A stretch of 64,000 nucleotides of DNA from Thermodesulfobium acidiphilum (GTDB lineage: Bacteria > Thermodesulfobiota > Thermodesulfobiia > Thermodesulfobiales > Thermodesulfobiaceae), in the NCBI RefSeq assembly GCF_003057965.1, contig NZ_CP020921.1, forward strand, positions 1,166,916 to 1,230,915, given 5' to 3'. The position numbers and the translations under genes were made by a program. Every line of letters starts with the position of its first letter. Position 1 is the stretch's first letter. Positions 29,975 through 39,981 of the stretch are shown piece by piece. Under the pieces are notes generated by a model. It was not told the origin of the DNA. It ran no database searches and was given only the letters and a program-made list of their open reading frames with translations.

Positions 29975-32581
29975 TCAACTCTTTTCAGATATAAATTTAT
30001 TTATAAATTTTAGTTCATCCTCATACGTACTAATATTGCCAAAAAATTTTTCTTTCTTTAAATTTTTAAGTATCTCACCAATAAAAACTGGCTTAACATC
30101 GCTTCTATTCGAGAGTTCTTCTCCTGTAGTCAGAGGTTTGAAAACGTTTTTATTCTTTTCAAACCACAAAACATAATCATTTAAGGGTTTTTCCTCTAAA
30201 ATCTTTAAAAAACAAATAATTTCAGATGGAATTCCCTCTAAAGTTTCAAAAAGATCAAAGTCTTTAAAGATGTTTTGGCTCCTTTTTCTCGAAAACTTAA
30301 ACAAAAATTTCTTTAATTTCTCAACATATAAGATTTCTTTTTTTGTAAATTTCCACTTTCTTTTAAAAAATCTGTCCTCAGATTTAAGTATATTATATAT
30401 TATTGGTAAGATACATAAAAACCACCATTCTTTCAAATTATTTCCAAAACCTTCAGATTTAAGGCAAGAAAAATATCCTTTGAGTTTATCCAGGCTAAAA
30501 TTAAAAGATATCTTAGGATGAATTAGTTTAAAGACATTTAATTCTTTCATGCGCATTATAATTAATGCTGGACAAGATCCGTGTGAAAACATCAATTTCA
30601 ATTCTTCCTTTAAAACATCAAAAGATATTACGTTAAAAAGTTTTAGTTCCATAGCATTCTTAATAAGCTCCTCATCTGCCTTATCAATCTTAAATCCAAG
30701 TTGAAATTCAAATCTAATAGCTCTTATAATCCTTGTAGGATCTTCTACATAACTCAAGGGGTGCAAAACTCTGATTCTTTTAATTTTTATATCCTCATAC
30801 CCGCCAAAAAAATCGATCATTTTGCCATAAGAATCTTTATTCAAAGAAATTGCAAGAGTATTGATAGAAAAATCCCTTCTATACATATCATTATGTAAAT
30901 CTGAATACTCTATCAGTGGTTTTGCAGCAGGGCAACTATAAAATTCAGTTCTTGCAGAAGCAAAATCAAATTTTATTTCTTCATTCTTTATAGTTGCTGT
31001 TCTAAACTTTTCATAAGAAAAAAATTCACCATTAATATATTTATTAACCTCCTGGGCAAGCTTTATCGCATCTCCTTCTACTACTATATCCATATCATTA
31101 GATTGTATGTTCAAAAGTAGATCTCTTACACACCCACCCACTAGAAATGATTTTAAGGAAAGTTTATCAGAAACGTTAGAAATAATTTCTAAATAATCTT
31201 TGATCCTTTGATCCAATCTTACATTTAAATCCAAAATAACTCTTTTTGTTGAAAGTTCTTTAGTTTTTTTTACGTTTATACCATGCCAAACTCTTAAAAT
31301 ATCTGTTCTCGTTATTAGACCTACCAGTCTATTTTCCTCATTAATCACAGGAAGCCTGCCTATTTCCTTTTCAATCATTAGCTTTTGTGCTTCGTCGAGA
31401 GAGGCATTTTGATTTATCGTTATTACGTTCCTCGACATTATCTTTTGTACTTCCATTTGCCCTAATTTGTGTTGAGTAGCTTTATCAATGTCCTTTCTTG
31501 AAAGAACACCAACTATTTCGTCATCTTTTAAAATTGGAACACCAGAATGGCCATACCTTAGTAAAATTTTTCTAGCCTCTTCTACAGACGTTTCAGGAGC
31601 AAGTACCCTAACAGGAGAGGTCATAACATCCTTAACTCTTATCTTAGGCTTACATTCTTTCTGGATAGCGCTTCGAAGCTTATCTAGAAAATCAGAAAAT
31701 TCTTCTTTCAATCTAAAAGTGGCAGCAGCAGCTTCATTATGTCCTCCGCCACCAAAATTTTCCAAGACTTTTCTGACGTTCAAATAATCGCCCAATCCTC
31801 TTGCAATTATGTGTACTGTGTCTTTTACTTTAAGAACTGCAAATACGTTCTCACACTCTATTAAGTCCCTAAGTTTATGAACCACCAAAGCTGCATCTTC
31901 CACCTCTGTATCTAATTCAGCATATGTTAAAACATACTCGACTCCATTATAAAAGTCCTTCGAACTATTATCCAAAAAGAACTCAAGTAATTGCCTCTGA
32001 TAAGGATTCATCCCAGATTCCAAAAATCTAGATACTACCATTAAGTTTGCACCATTTTGTATTAAATCTGCAACTGCATTTGCATCCCTATAAGTGGTAG
32101 AGGTATACAATAACCTTCCTGTATCCTCATAAACACCCAAAAGCATTAATGTAGCTTCTATTTCAGAGTATTTTATGCCTCTTCTTTTAATTTCTTCCCA
32201 AACCAAAGTTACTGACGAACCTACGCTGGTGTCTGGATACCTTACAATTTTAAAATTAGGTGGAAAATACCCAAGAGTGTGATGATCAAAAATATATACT
32301 TCTAATTCCTTATTCTTTGGCAAAGATCCATAAAAGGATCCGATTCTCTGAGGGTTAGATGTGTCTGCAAAAACCAAAAAGTCTATTTCCTCAAAAGCAA
32401 TATCTTCATACTTAACAAAGGGAAATATGTATTCATATAGGTGTAAAAATGCTTCTACCTGAAATTCAACTCTTTCAGGCATTACAACTTTTGCATTAAA
32501 GATTTTTTGTAACATAAAAGCTGAAGCAATTCCATCAAAATCAGAATTGTTATGAGTAAAAATAAGCCCTTTTTTCATCAT
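29975..32581 (-). CDS. cca: tRNA nucleotidyltransferase (CCA- or A-adding) with N-terminal DHH/DHHA1 and CBS domains
   Basis: H..SDFDG, DHH, DTG, GGGGH; CBS pair; GG.VRD, D.D, ARTE.Y, RRDFSIN, EDPTR. Confidence 0.88.
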   Translation of the reverse strand: MMKKGLIFTHNNSDFDGIASAFMLQKIFNAKVVMPERVEFQVEAFLHLYEYIFPFVKYEDIAFEEIDFLVFADTSNPQRIGSFYGSLPKNKELEVYIFDHHTLGYFPPNFKIVRYPDTSVGSSVTLVWEEIKRRGIKYSEIEATLMLLGVYEDTGRLLYTSTTYRDANAVADLIQNGANLMVVSRFLESGMNPYQRQLLEFFLDNSSKDFYNGVEYVLTYAELDTEVEDAALVVHKLRDLIECENVFAVLKVKDTVHIIARGLGDYLNVRKVLENFGGGGHNEAAAATFRLKEEFSDFLDKLRSAIQKECKPKIRVKDVMTSPVRVLAPETSVEEARKILLRYGHSGVPILKDDEIVGVLSRKDIDKATQHKLGQMEVQKIMSRNVITINQNASLDEAQKLMIEKEIGRLPVINEENRLVGLITRTDILRVWHGINVKKTKELSTKRVILDLNVRLDQRIKDYLEIISNVSDKLSLKSFLVGGCVRDLLLNIQSNDMDIVVEGDAIKLAQEVNKYINGEFFSYEKFRTATIKNEEIKFDFASARTEFYSCPAAKPLIEYSDLHNDMYRRDFSINTLAISLNKDSYGKMIDFFGGYEDIKIKRIRVLHPLSYVEDPTRIIRAIRFEFQLGFKIDKADEELIKNAMELKLFNVISFDVLKEELKLMFSHGSCPALIIMRMKELNVFKLIHPKISFNFSLDKLKGYFSCLKSEGFGNNLKEWWFLCILPIIYNILKSEDRFFKRKWKFTKKEILYVEKLKKFLFKFSRKRSQNIFKDFDLFETLEGIPSEIICFLKILEEKPLNDYVLWFEKNKNVFKPLTTGEELSNRSDVKPVFIGEILKNLKKEKFFGNISTYEDELKFINKFISEKS

Positions 32582-33855
32582 AAAATCTTTGAGTCCAAAA
32601 TTAATTCTCTCTTCTTACAAATGGATTCCTTTATATCTATACAACTCGCCAAGTCAATGTTCTCTAATTTATTAATATCTCTTGCATAAATATTAGCAAG
32701 AACATCTCCTTTCTCAACTTTATCACCTATCAAAATATTAAAAACAATCCCTCCATCAACTCTGTCTGACAAATAATGTCCTATCCAACCAATTCTCCTC
32801 ACGTCCATGCCTTGAATATAACCAGATTCAGATGACAGAATCTCAACCTTATTAAGGCCATTTAGTAAATAATCAGGATTTTCAACATATTTAGGATCGC
32901 CACCCTGATTTTTTATCCACTCTATAGCTTTTTGAACTGTTCTACCTTCTTCAAAAATTTTATTATATATCTTATTAATTTCTTTCTCTGGCGCTATACC
33001 AAAGTAAGCCTTATATGAATTAGAGAATATATTAAATATTAATTTGTCAAGAGAATAGGGCTCTCTAGTGTGCAAAAAGCTCAAAGCCTCCCAAAGTTCA
33101 AGTCTATTTCCCACGCATTTACCTAGCGGTTGATTCATATCTGAAACAATGTATGATACTTTTTTATTAAATTTTTTCATTACATTACAAATATTTTTTG
33201 CAAATTCTAGAGATGCCGTATAACTGGAAAATAATGAACCCGAACCTGATTTAATATCAAAAATTATAAAATTAGAGCCTACAGCTAATTTTTTACTGGC
33301 TATACTACTTAGAATTAATTGACTTGACTCGACTGTGCCAGTATGATTTCTAATTTTATAGAAAGTACCTTCTACTGGAGCTATTTCTTCAGTTTGAGAA
33401 ATTAGTCCTATTCCAATTCGTTCAACTTGCTTAACAAAATCTGAAATTGACAATTTTGTATTGTAACCTGGAATAAGCTCTATTTTTTCTATCGTGCCAC
33501 CAGTATAACTAAGTCTTCTGCCAGCCATTTTAGGAACAAGAAAACCATAAGCGCTCAGAACCGGCAATAGAGCAATAGTAGTTTTGTCTCCAACACCACC
33601 AGTACTGTGTTTGTCAACACTCATAGCTTTGCCCCACGATAGAACATTTCCAGAATTTGCAAGTGCCTGAGTTAAGTGTAAAGTTTCCTCATTATCTAGA
33701 CCATTTATAAAGCAGGCCATAAGAAAAGCAGCGATTTGAGAGTCATCAACTATACCTTCTTTTACTGATTTTACAAAAAAAATAATATCTTCCCTAGACA
33801 GAATTTCTTTATCCCTTTTTCTTGACAATACGTTTAAAATATTATTGATTTGCAT
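32578..33855 (-). CDS. pdp: Pyrimidine-nucleoside/thymidine phosphorylase
   Basis: DKHSTGGVGDK, TGGT..K.E, SKK.A.G, DMNQPLG..VGN. Confidence 0.85.
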   Translation of the reverse strand: MQINNILNVLSRKRDKEILSREDIIFFVKSVKEGIVDDSQIAAFLMACFINGLDNEETLHLTQALANSGNVLSWGKAMSVDKHSTGGVGDKTTIALLPVLSAYGFLVPKMAGRRLSYTGGTIEKIELIPGYNTKLSISDFVKQVERIGIGLISQTEEIAPVEGTFYKIRNHTGTVESSQLILSSIASKKLAVGSNFIIFDIKSGSGSLFSSYTASLEFAKNICNVMKKFNKKVSYIVSDMNQPLGKCVGNRLELWEALSFLHTREPYSLDKLIFNIFSNSYKAYFGIAPEKEINKIYNKIFEEGRTVQKAIEWIKNQGGDPKYVENPDYLLNGLNKVEILSSESGYIQGMDVRRIGWIGHYLSDRVDGGIVFNILIGDKVEKGDVLANIYARDINKLENIDLASCIDIKESICKKRELILDSKIL

Positions 33856-34819
33856 TTATGCTTTTACTACCTGGCAAAAAACCCCAGATATGAGAATCGT
33901 TTTTTAAGCTCGCATAAAAAAGAGTATTTTTTTGAATTTCAACATCCCTTCCAGGGACAAAAAATCCAGTAATCAAACCTACAGGCCCAAGTATGATAAG
34001 TCCCGCAGTAGATACTCCTACGGTTAAAGGTAAACTTTTATTTTTTTCTATTGCTTCCTTAGAAATAATTAAAGGTCGATTTATCCCATCTGCACAAGTA
34101 ACAAATCTAAACTCAATCTGAAGTTTACCATCTCTACCAAGGTAGTGCTTTGCTCTTTCAGCTTCTACAACCCTTAATTCTCCATAGGAACCCTTTGGTA
34201 TAATTATGGCACCTTTCTCAGTGACGTCTTCGTCTACAGCTAAAGGCACTATATCGCCTGCCACGCTGTCTTTACTGCTTATAGTCTTTAAAATTCTGAA
34301 TCTTATAAGTTTACCTGCATCTACAGAAACGTTAACTTGATTTACCTTGCCACCTAATAAAGTATCATTTAGTCTCTTTAATCTGTCCATCAAGCTGTAA
34401 GAATCATAAGAAGTGCCATAAATTTTCTTTTCCAGGTTAGATATTCTATCCAGAATAGGTCCAAAACTCACTTCTTTTGAATAAGAGTATTCAAGAGCAT
34501 TCATATCAAGAGCTATACCAGCTCTTTGATCTGTAGACTCAAAAACAGCATCATAAATTCTATTTAATCTACTCTCTAAGGAATCCGAATAATCCCTTTG
34601 CCCCCAAATTGTATATTCCAAATTAGAAAGCCTATCTGTAAGAGAACCACTAGAAATAGAACCATATAAAGCTACTTCTATCTGAGTCACCTTATCTGGC
34701 ATATTTGTATTCTGTGCAAAGGCAAAATTTACGTTAAAAATAAGTAAAATAAATGAAAATAGACTAAGATAACAAACTTTTTTTAAGTATTTCTCGAATG
34801 TGAGTATGCTTAACTCCAC
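33842..34819 (-). CDS. Hypothetical exported protein with internal repeats and a Gly-zipper
   Basis: Signal peptide (AFA), two ~55-aa repeats (L.DRLSNLE..I.G....S.SL..RL.R), C-terminal GLIILGPVGLITGFFV.G. Confidence 0.7.
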   Translation of the reverse strand: MELSILTFEKYLKKVCYLSLFSFILLIFNVNFAFAQNTNMPDKVTQIEVALYGSISSGSLTDRLSNLEYTIWGQRDYSDSLESRLNRIYDAVFESTDQRAGIALDMNALEYSYSKEVSFGPILDRISNLEKKIYGTSYDSYSLMDRLKRLNDTLLGGKVNQVNVSVDAGKLIRFRILKTISSKDSVAGDIVPLAVDEDVTEKGAIIIPKGSYGELRVVEAERAKHYLGRDGKLQIEFRFVTCADGINRPLIISKEAIEKNKSLPLTVGVSTAGLIILGPVGLITGFFVPGRDVEIQKNTLFYASLKNDSHIWGFLPGSKSINANQ

Positions 34820-35594
34820 TGTTCAACTCCTCTCTAAGATAATTATTTACTACCTTTATATAAGTTCCTCGCATTCCAAGCGAATGAACGTCTATAACTC
34901 CAGCACTCTCAATTTTCTTAAGAGCATTTACTATAACCGATCTCGTAATGCCTGAATTTTTTGCAATCTTGCTTGTAACCAAAACACCTTCATTTTGATC
35001 CTTTAATTCAGACATAACCGATTCCACAGCTTCCCTCTCAGATAATGAAAGTGAAGCAAGTGCTACTTGAACCGTAGTCTTTTTTCTAACTTCTTCTTCC
35101 CTTTCTTTGCTTGAAAGTCTTATTTTTTCCATACCAATTACTGCAGAGGCATGTTCAAGAATAATTATATCTTCCGTAGAAAATTCTTTTGCAAATCTGG
35201 AAGCAAGTAAAGTTCCCAATCTTTCAGTATGAGATACAACAGGTATCCACGTATAAAATTTATTACAATATATACATGAAACTCCATTAAGAAAGATGCA
35301 GTCACTTCCCTTTTGTATTTGATTAATAACAGGTTCAGAAGAAAGGAGCATTTTTGAGTTCAGGTATTCAGGCATCCTATTAGCTTTAATAATAAGTTCA
35401 TCTCTTGCCTGACATTCAAAGCCCGGCAAAATTGCATATCCAGATAAGCTTCCATTTTTACTAATTATGTAAATTGAACTTTCAAGCATTTCTGATAAAA
35501 AAGCTGCAATAGTAAAAAAATCAATAGATGTAGAGGTATTTAAAAAATATCCAAATTTTCTAATTTTAAATAAAAGTTCTTCCAGGACATTCAC
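34764..35594 (-). CDS. codY: GTP/BCAA-sensing pleiotropic repressor CodY
   Basis: ERLGTL, SLS.SE, SKIA...GITRSVIVNALKKIESAGVI...SLGMRGTYIK. Confidence 0.94.
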   Translation of the reverse strand: MNVLEELLFKIRKFGYFLNTSTSIDFFTIAAFLSEMLESSIYIISKNGSLSGYAILPGFECQARDELIIKANRMPEYLNSKMLLSSEPVINQIQKGSDCIFLNGVSCIYCNKFYTWIPVVSHTERLGTLLASRFAKEFSTEDIIILEHASAVIGMEKIRLSSKEREEEVRKKTTVQVALASLSLSEREAVESVMSELKDQNEGVLVTSKIAKNSGITRSVIVNALKKIESAGVIDVHSLGMRGTYIKVVNNYLREELNSGVKHTHIREILKKSLLS

Positions 35595-35660
35595 CCCCTT
35601 TTTTTATTTTTCAAACTATTCTTAACATTTTAGATAAATTGTATAACAATTTTAGATATT

Positions 35661-36416
35661 TTAAAAGATATTCATTTTTTTTATTCTTTCCAATAAAGTT
35701 AAATTAGTAAGATCCCAATGAAGTGGCGTAATAGATATATAATTTTTTTTAATTGCACCTATATCAGAATCAAAATCTGAAATAGTTTCATCTGGAACTC
35801 CATAAAGCCAATAGTACTTTTCCCCCTTTGGATCTACCCTCGTTTCAATCAAATTTTTATAGTTTCTTAATTGTAAAGAGACAAGCTTAAAACCTTTTAT
35901 CTCATTTTCTAAACAATCAGGAATGTTGACATTAAAGATAACCCCAGGTTCAAGAATCTTTTCTACTATATTTATAAATTTTAAGATTAAATTTGAAGAT
36001 TTGATATAATCTTTTTTTCTCTCAAAACTTACATGTGAAACTGCTATAGACGGAATACCTAAAAAAGCTCCTTCCATAGCAGCAGCAACTGTCCCAGAAT
36101 AAAGAACATCAGTTCCTAAATTTGCACCTCTATTAATTCCAGAAATTAATAAATCCGGTTTTCTTGGCAAAAGAGCATATATAGCAAGTTTTACACAATC
36201 GCTGGGAGTTCCATTTGTTTCCCAGGCTCCCTTTGCTCCATTAATTTCAACTTCTTTCGCCCTAAGAGGCTTATGCAGTGTAAGCGAGTGACTGGCCGCA
36301 GATCTTTCTCTTTCTGGAGCTACCACATAAATTTCATGCTCTTGGGACAAAATTTTTGAAAGATCTCTTATTCCATATGAACGGATTCCATCATCATTTG
36401 TAAGCAATATCACCAT
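35661..36416 (-). CDS. surE: 5'/3'-nucleotidase SurE
   Basis: LLTNDDG, GTPSDCV, SGINRG.NLG..V.YSGTV; start at ATG 36416 or GTG 36413. Confidence 0.95.
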   Translation of the reverse strand: MVILLTNDDGIRSYGIRDLSKILSQEHEIYVVAPERERSAASHSLTLHKPLRAKEVEINGAKGAWETNGTPSDCVKLAIYALLPRKPDLLISGINRGANLGTDVLYSGTVAAAMEGAFLGIPSIAVSHVSFERKKDYIKSSNLILKFINIVEKILEPGVIFNVNIPDCLENEIKGFKLVSLQLRNYKNLIETRVDPKGEKYYWLYGVPDETISDFDSDIGAIKKNYISITPLHWDLTNLTLLERIKKMNIF

Positions 36417-37273
36417 AAACCAAACCTTCTTAATAAAGAGTCTTTGTTTCGCCAATTTTTTTCTACGCTCACAAAAAGCTTCAACACACACTTTTTACCA
36501 AAAAATTTTTCAATTTCCAATCTAGATTCTATCCCAATATTCTTAATCATAGAACCCTTGTGTCCAATTAAAATTGGCTTGTGAGATTCCTTTTCTACGA
36601 TAATATTAGCCTCAATAAAAATTAAATTCTGTTTTTCATTAATTTTTTCAATTAAGACGTAAACGCCATGAGGAACTTCCTGTCTTACCAGATTTAACAC
36701 CTTTTCTCTAATTATCTCAGATATAAGCATTTCTTTTGACATATCAGTTTTCATACTTTCTGGATACCACATAGGACCATCATTTAAGTTGTTAATAATA
36801 GTTTTTTTTAATTCCTTTATACCAAAAAAGTTTTTAGTAGAAGTATAAATAACCTGGTCGTAAAAACTTGTAATTGACTTATCCAAATTTAAATTTGAAG
36901 TGTCAACCAGATCTATCTTGTTTACAACCAAATATCGCGGTTTTTTATTAGAAATCTTGTTTTGAATTTCAACGTCAAGTTTGTCAAAAACTGTTACTGG
37001 ATTAATCACATGTACAATTATTTCAAAAGAGTCAAGTGAATCAAAAATTTTTTTGTTCAATCTAATATGAAGCAAATTTCTCGCATCGTGTACACCTGGA
37101 GAATCTACATAAATTATTTGGTATTCTTTAGTACTTTCTATAAAAGAAGTTCTAAATCTTGTAGTCTGTGGTTTATCCGAAACAATACCAATTTTTTCAC
37201 CCATTAAACAATTTATTAAAGATGTTTTTCCTACATTTGTTTTGCCAACAAAGATTGCAAATCCACTTTTCAT
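36410..37273 (-). CDS. era: GTPase Era
   Basis: GKTNVGKT, KPQTTR, DSPG, NKID, EIIREK, EVPH, KH domain. Confidence 0.95.
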   Translation of the reverse strand: MKSGFAIFVGKTNVGKTSLINCLMGEKIGIVSDKPQTTRFRTSFIESTKEYQIIYVDSPGVHDARNLLHIRLNKKIFDSLDSFEIIVHVINPVTVFDKLDVEIQNKISNKKPRYLVVNKIDLVDTSNLNLDKSITSFYDQVIYTSTKNFFGIKELKKTIINNLNDGPMWYPESMKTDMSKEMLISEIIREKVLNLVRQEVPHGVYVLIEKINEKQNLIFIEANIIVEKESHKPILIGHKGSMIKNIGIESRLEIEKFFGKKCVLKLFVSVEKNWRNKDSLLRRFGLW

Positions 37274-38638
37274 CTAATTTCTCAAAGATGTAATTGGAGC
37301 TGGTACTATACCGCCGCGTTCGATAAGTTTTGATTTTTTAGCATTTTTTACTGGTAAAATTGGAGTATATCCCAATAAACCTCCAAAATAAGCTATATCA
37401 TTTTCTTTTTTACCCGGAACAGGAATAATTCTCACTCCAGTAGTCTTATTAGTGAAAACTCCTATAGAAAGCTCATCTAGAATTATAGAAGATATCGTAT
37501 CCACGCTAGTTGTCCCTGGAACAGCAATCATATCAAGACCCACAGAACACACAGCAGTCATAGCTTCTAATTTTTCTATACACAAAGAACCTTTTTTGAC
37601 AGCGTCTATCATTCCCAAATCTTCACTTACTGGTATAAATGCTCCACTTAAGCCACCCACTCTAGAAGATGCCATAGCACCTCCCTTTTTGATAGCATCA
37701 GTTAATATAGCAAGAGCACCCGTAGTGCCCGGAAATCCTACAATAGGCACTCCCATAGCTTCCAAAACCTTTGCAACGCTATCATTTTCTCTGGGAGTAG
37801 GAGCAAGAGATAGATCAACAGATCCAAAGCCGATGTTCAAAATCTTAGCAGTCTTTCTTCCTACCAATTCTCCCAATCTTGTTATCTTAAAAGATGCCCT
37901 TTTAATATGTTCTGCTAATTCCAAAAGATCAGAATTCTCATTTCTCTTCACAACGGTTTCAATCACACCCGGACCTGAAATCCCAACATTAATGGAGTGA
38001 TCAACTTCTCCTATACCATGAAAAGCCCCCGCCATAAATGGGTTATCGTTTACTGCATTTGCGAAAACTACAAATTTAGTACAACCAACACCATCTTTTT
38101 CGCTTGTAGCTAACGAAGTCTTTTTAAGCATAAGAGAAATTTCTTTAATAGATGACACATTAATACCATACTTACTGTTTCCAGCCTCACATGAAGCACA
38201 AATTCTTTCAGTAGATGACAAGATCTCTGGAAGAGCTGATAAAAGAGCCTTATCTTGAGGAGACATACCCTTAGTTATAAAAGCTGAAAAGCCACCTAAA
38301 AAATCAATGCCTATCTCTTTAAGAATTTTTTCTATCTCTTTTGCAAATTCAACGTAATATTCAGGTTCAATCCTTGGAAAAGCAACTGTAATTGGAGTAA
38401 TACTAATTCTTTTATTTACAATACTTACTCCTAGTTCTTCCTCTACTTCCTTTGCTGCAGAAATAAATTTTTTGCCTAAATCAGACAAAAAGCTACAAAT
38501 TTGACTAGTAGATTTTAAATTTAACTCTGGATTTAGTAAACTTATTCCCAAAGTCAACGTTCTAATGTCTAACATTTGATCGTATAACATCTCCGAAGTT
38601 TCTAGAATTTCATCTATACTTAAATTTGAATTAAGCAT
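37274..38638 (-). CDS. DUF711/UPF0210 ('PFL family') protein
   Basis: LDIRT.TLGISL, NKRISITP, DNPFMAGAFHG, DLSLAPTP, LEAMT.VCSVGLDM. Confidence 0.92.
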   Translation of the reverse strand: MLNSNLSIDEILETSEMLYDQMLDIRTLTLGISLLNPELNLKSTSQICSFLSDLGKKFISAAKEVEEELGVSIVNKRISITPITVAFPRIEPEYYVEFAKEIEKILKEIGIDFLGGFSAFITKGMSPQDKALLSALPEILSSTERICASCEAGNSKYGINVSSIKEISLMLKKTSLATSEKDGVGCTKFVVFANAVNDNPFMAGAFHGIGEVDHSINVGISGPGVIETVVKRNENSDLLELAEHIKRASFKITRLGELVGRKTAKILNIGFGSVDLSLAPTPRENDSVAKVLEAMGVPIVGFPGTTGALAILTDAIKKGGAMASSRVGGLSGAFIPVSEDLGMIDAVKKGSLCIEKLEAMTAVCSVGLDMIAVPGTTSVDTISSIILDELSIGVFTNKTTGVRIIPVPGKKENDIAYFGGLLGYTPILPVKNAKKSKLIERGGIVPAPITSLRN

Positions 38639-38641
38639 TAT

Positions 38642-38920
38642 CTATATCCTGTGCATGGAATAAAATAAGTCTTCATGATGAAGATCAATTCTTACATTGA
38701 TTTGCCCTGAAACGCTTTCAAGCTCTTTTCTCAAATCTGAAATAGATATTTCGGATTTTGACATATCTACCAACATTGTCATAGTAAAAATCTTGCTATC
38801 AAGAACCTTCTGGGTTATATCTTCAATATTTATGTTATTTTCAAATAAAACTTTCGCAATATTATAAACAATGCCAACTTTATCTTCGCCAAGAACCAAT
38901 ATTACTACCCTTTTTTTCAT
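38642..38920 (-). CDS. ACT domain protein (UPF0237)
   Basis: VLGEDKVGI, NI.DI.Q, F.SMHRI; usual partner of DUF711. Confidence 0.9.
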   Translation of the reverse strand: MKKRVVILVLGEDKVGIVYNIAKVLFENNINIEDITQKVLDSKIFTMTMLVDMSKSEISISDLRKELESVSGQINVRIDLHHEDLFYSMHRI

Positions 38921-39858
38921 TAAATTGAGCTCCTAACCAAGTTTTTTGGAAGCGGGGAGGAATCACTTAAAATAATCGTCTTTTCCTTTAAATGAGTTCT
39001 AAGATATTTTGGTAAAGAAAAGCAGTGAATATGTGTTTCTTTATCATAAAATCTCGTCTCAATATTTCTAGCAAGCAGGGTTTCATCAATCTTATCATAA
39101 CCGTCAAAAGGGCTAAAGTAATCCGATGCCCAAACAAAACCCCACATTTCATCAAAAGATTGAATATGAGCACTATATGAATTCACAATTTTAAAAACTT
39201 CCCTGGCAGTATGATTTACTGCTATATGAGCATTATCAAAAAAGGGAGTGATTGAAGCAGCCTGATATATTATAATGCCTTTTTCTGAAAGCCTATTTTT
39301 TAAAACGCTCATAAATTCTTTTGTAAATAAAAATTTTGCAGGACTATCGTCTAAAGGATCAGTTAAATCTACTATTATTACGTCATAGTGTATACTACTA
39401 TCCAATTCAAGCATATATTTTTTTGCATCCTGTATAACCAAATTAGTTCTTGGATCCTCAAAGGAATCTACGCACCACTCTTGTAAGTATTTTTTACTAA
39501 TTTCAACCACAAGGTCATCTAGCTCCACCATATCAACTTTCTTAACACAAGGATGCTTTAAAACTTCTCTTAAGGTAGCTCCTTCCCCACCCCCAAGTAT
39601 TGCCACTCTTTTTGGCTCAGGATGTATAACCATAGCAGGGTGAACCAATGCTTCATGGTAAATAAATTCATCAATTTGAGCGCTTTGCACTTTATCGTCT
39701 AAAATTAAAATTTTGCCAAATATAGGATTTTTTATTATAAAAACCTTCTGAAACTTTGACTTACCAGAAAACAACACATCTTCAACATCTATACAGTGAA
39801 AATCATTTTCTACAATTTTATTTATAGCAAAAAGTGGACATTTTTTGCTTATATTCAA
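38920..39858 (-). CDS. speE: Polyamine aminopropyltransferase
   Basis: SKFQ, DEFIYHEALVHP, GGGEGATLRE, D.TDP. Confidence 0.94.
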   Translation of the reverse strand: MNISKKCPLFAINKIVENDFHCIDVEDVLFSGKSKFQKVFIIKNPIFGKILILDDKVQSAQIDEFIYHEALVHPAMVIHPEPKRVAILGGGEGATLREVLKHPCVKKVDMVELDDLVVEISKKYLQEWCVDSFEDPRTNLVIQDAKKYMLELDSSIHYDVIIVDLTDPLDDSPAKFLFTKEFMSVLKNRLSEKGIIIYQAASITPFFDNAHIAVNHTAREVFKIVNSYSAHIQSFDEMWGFVWASDYFSPFDGYDKIDETLLARNIETRFYDKETHIHCFSLPKYLRTHLKEKTIILSDSSPLPKNLVRSSI

Positions 39859-39920
39859 AAACCACCTCTCAAAATTTTTCTAAATTATAATACAAGTTAA
39901 ATTAAAAATCAAAAAAAGAA

Positions 39921-39958
39921 AAAATAAAGAAAACCTTAAAAAAGGCTTTCTTTATTTT
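39921..39958 (-). terminator. Intrinsic terminator after acs
   Basis: - strand AAAATAAAGAAAGCCTT-loop-AAGGTTTTCTTTATTTT followed by more T. Confidence 0.65.
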
Positions 39959-39981
39959 TAAAATGAAATATTTTTTTTATT

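Noticed and set aside
37452..38000. 182-aa antisense ORF and the other short shadow ORFs in the track
   Set aside because: They lie opposite or inside well-conserved genes and have no motifs
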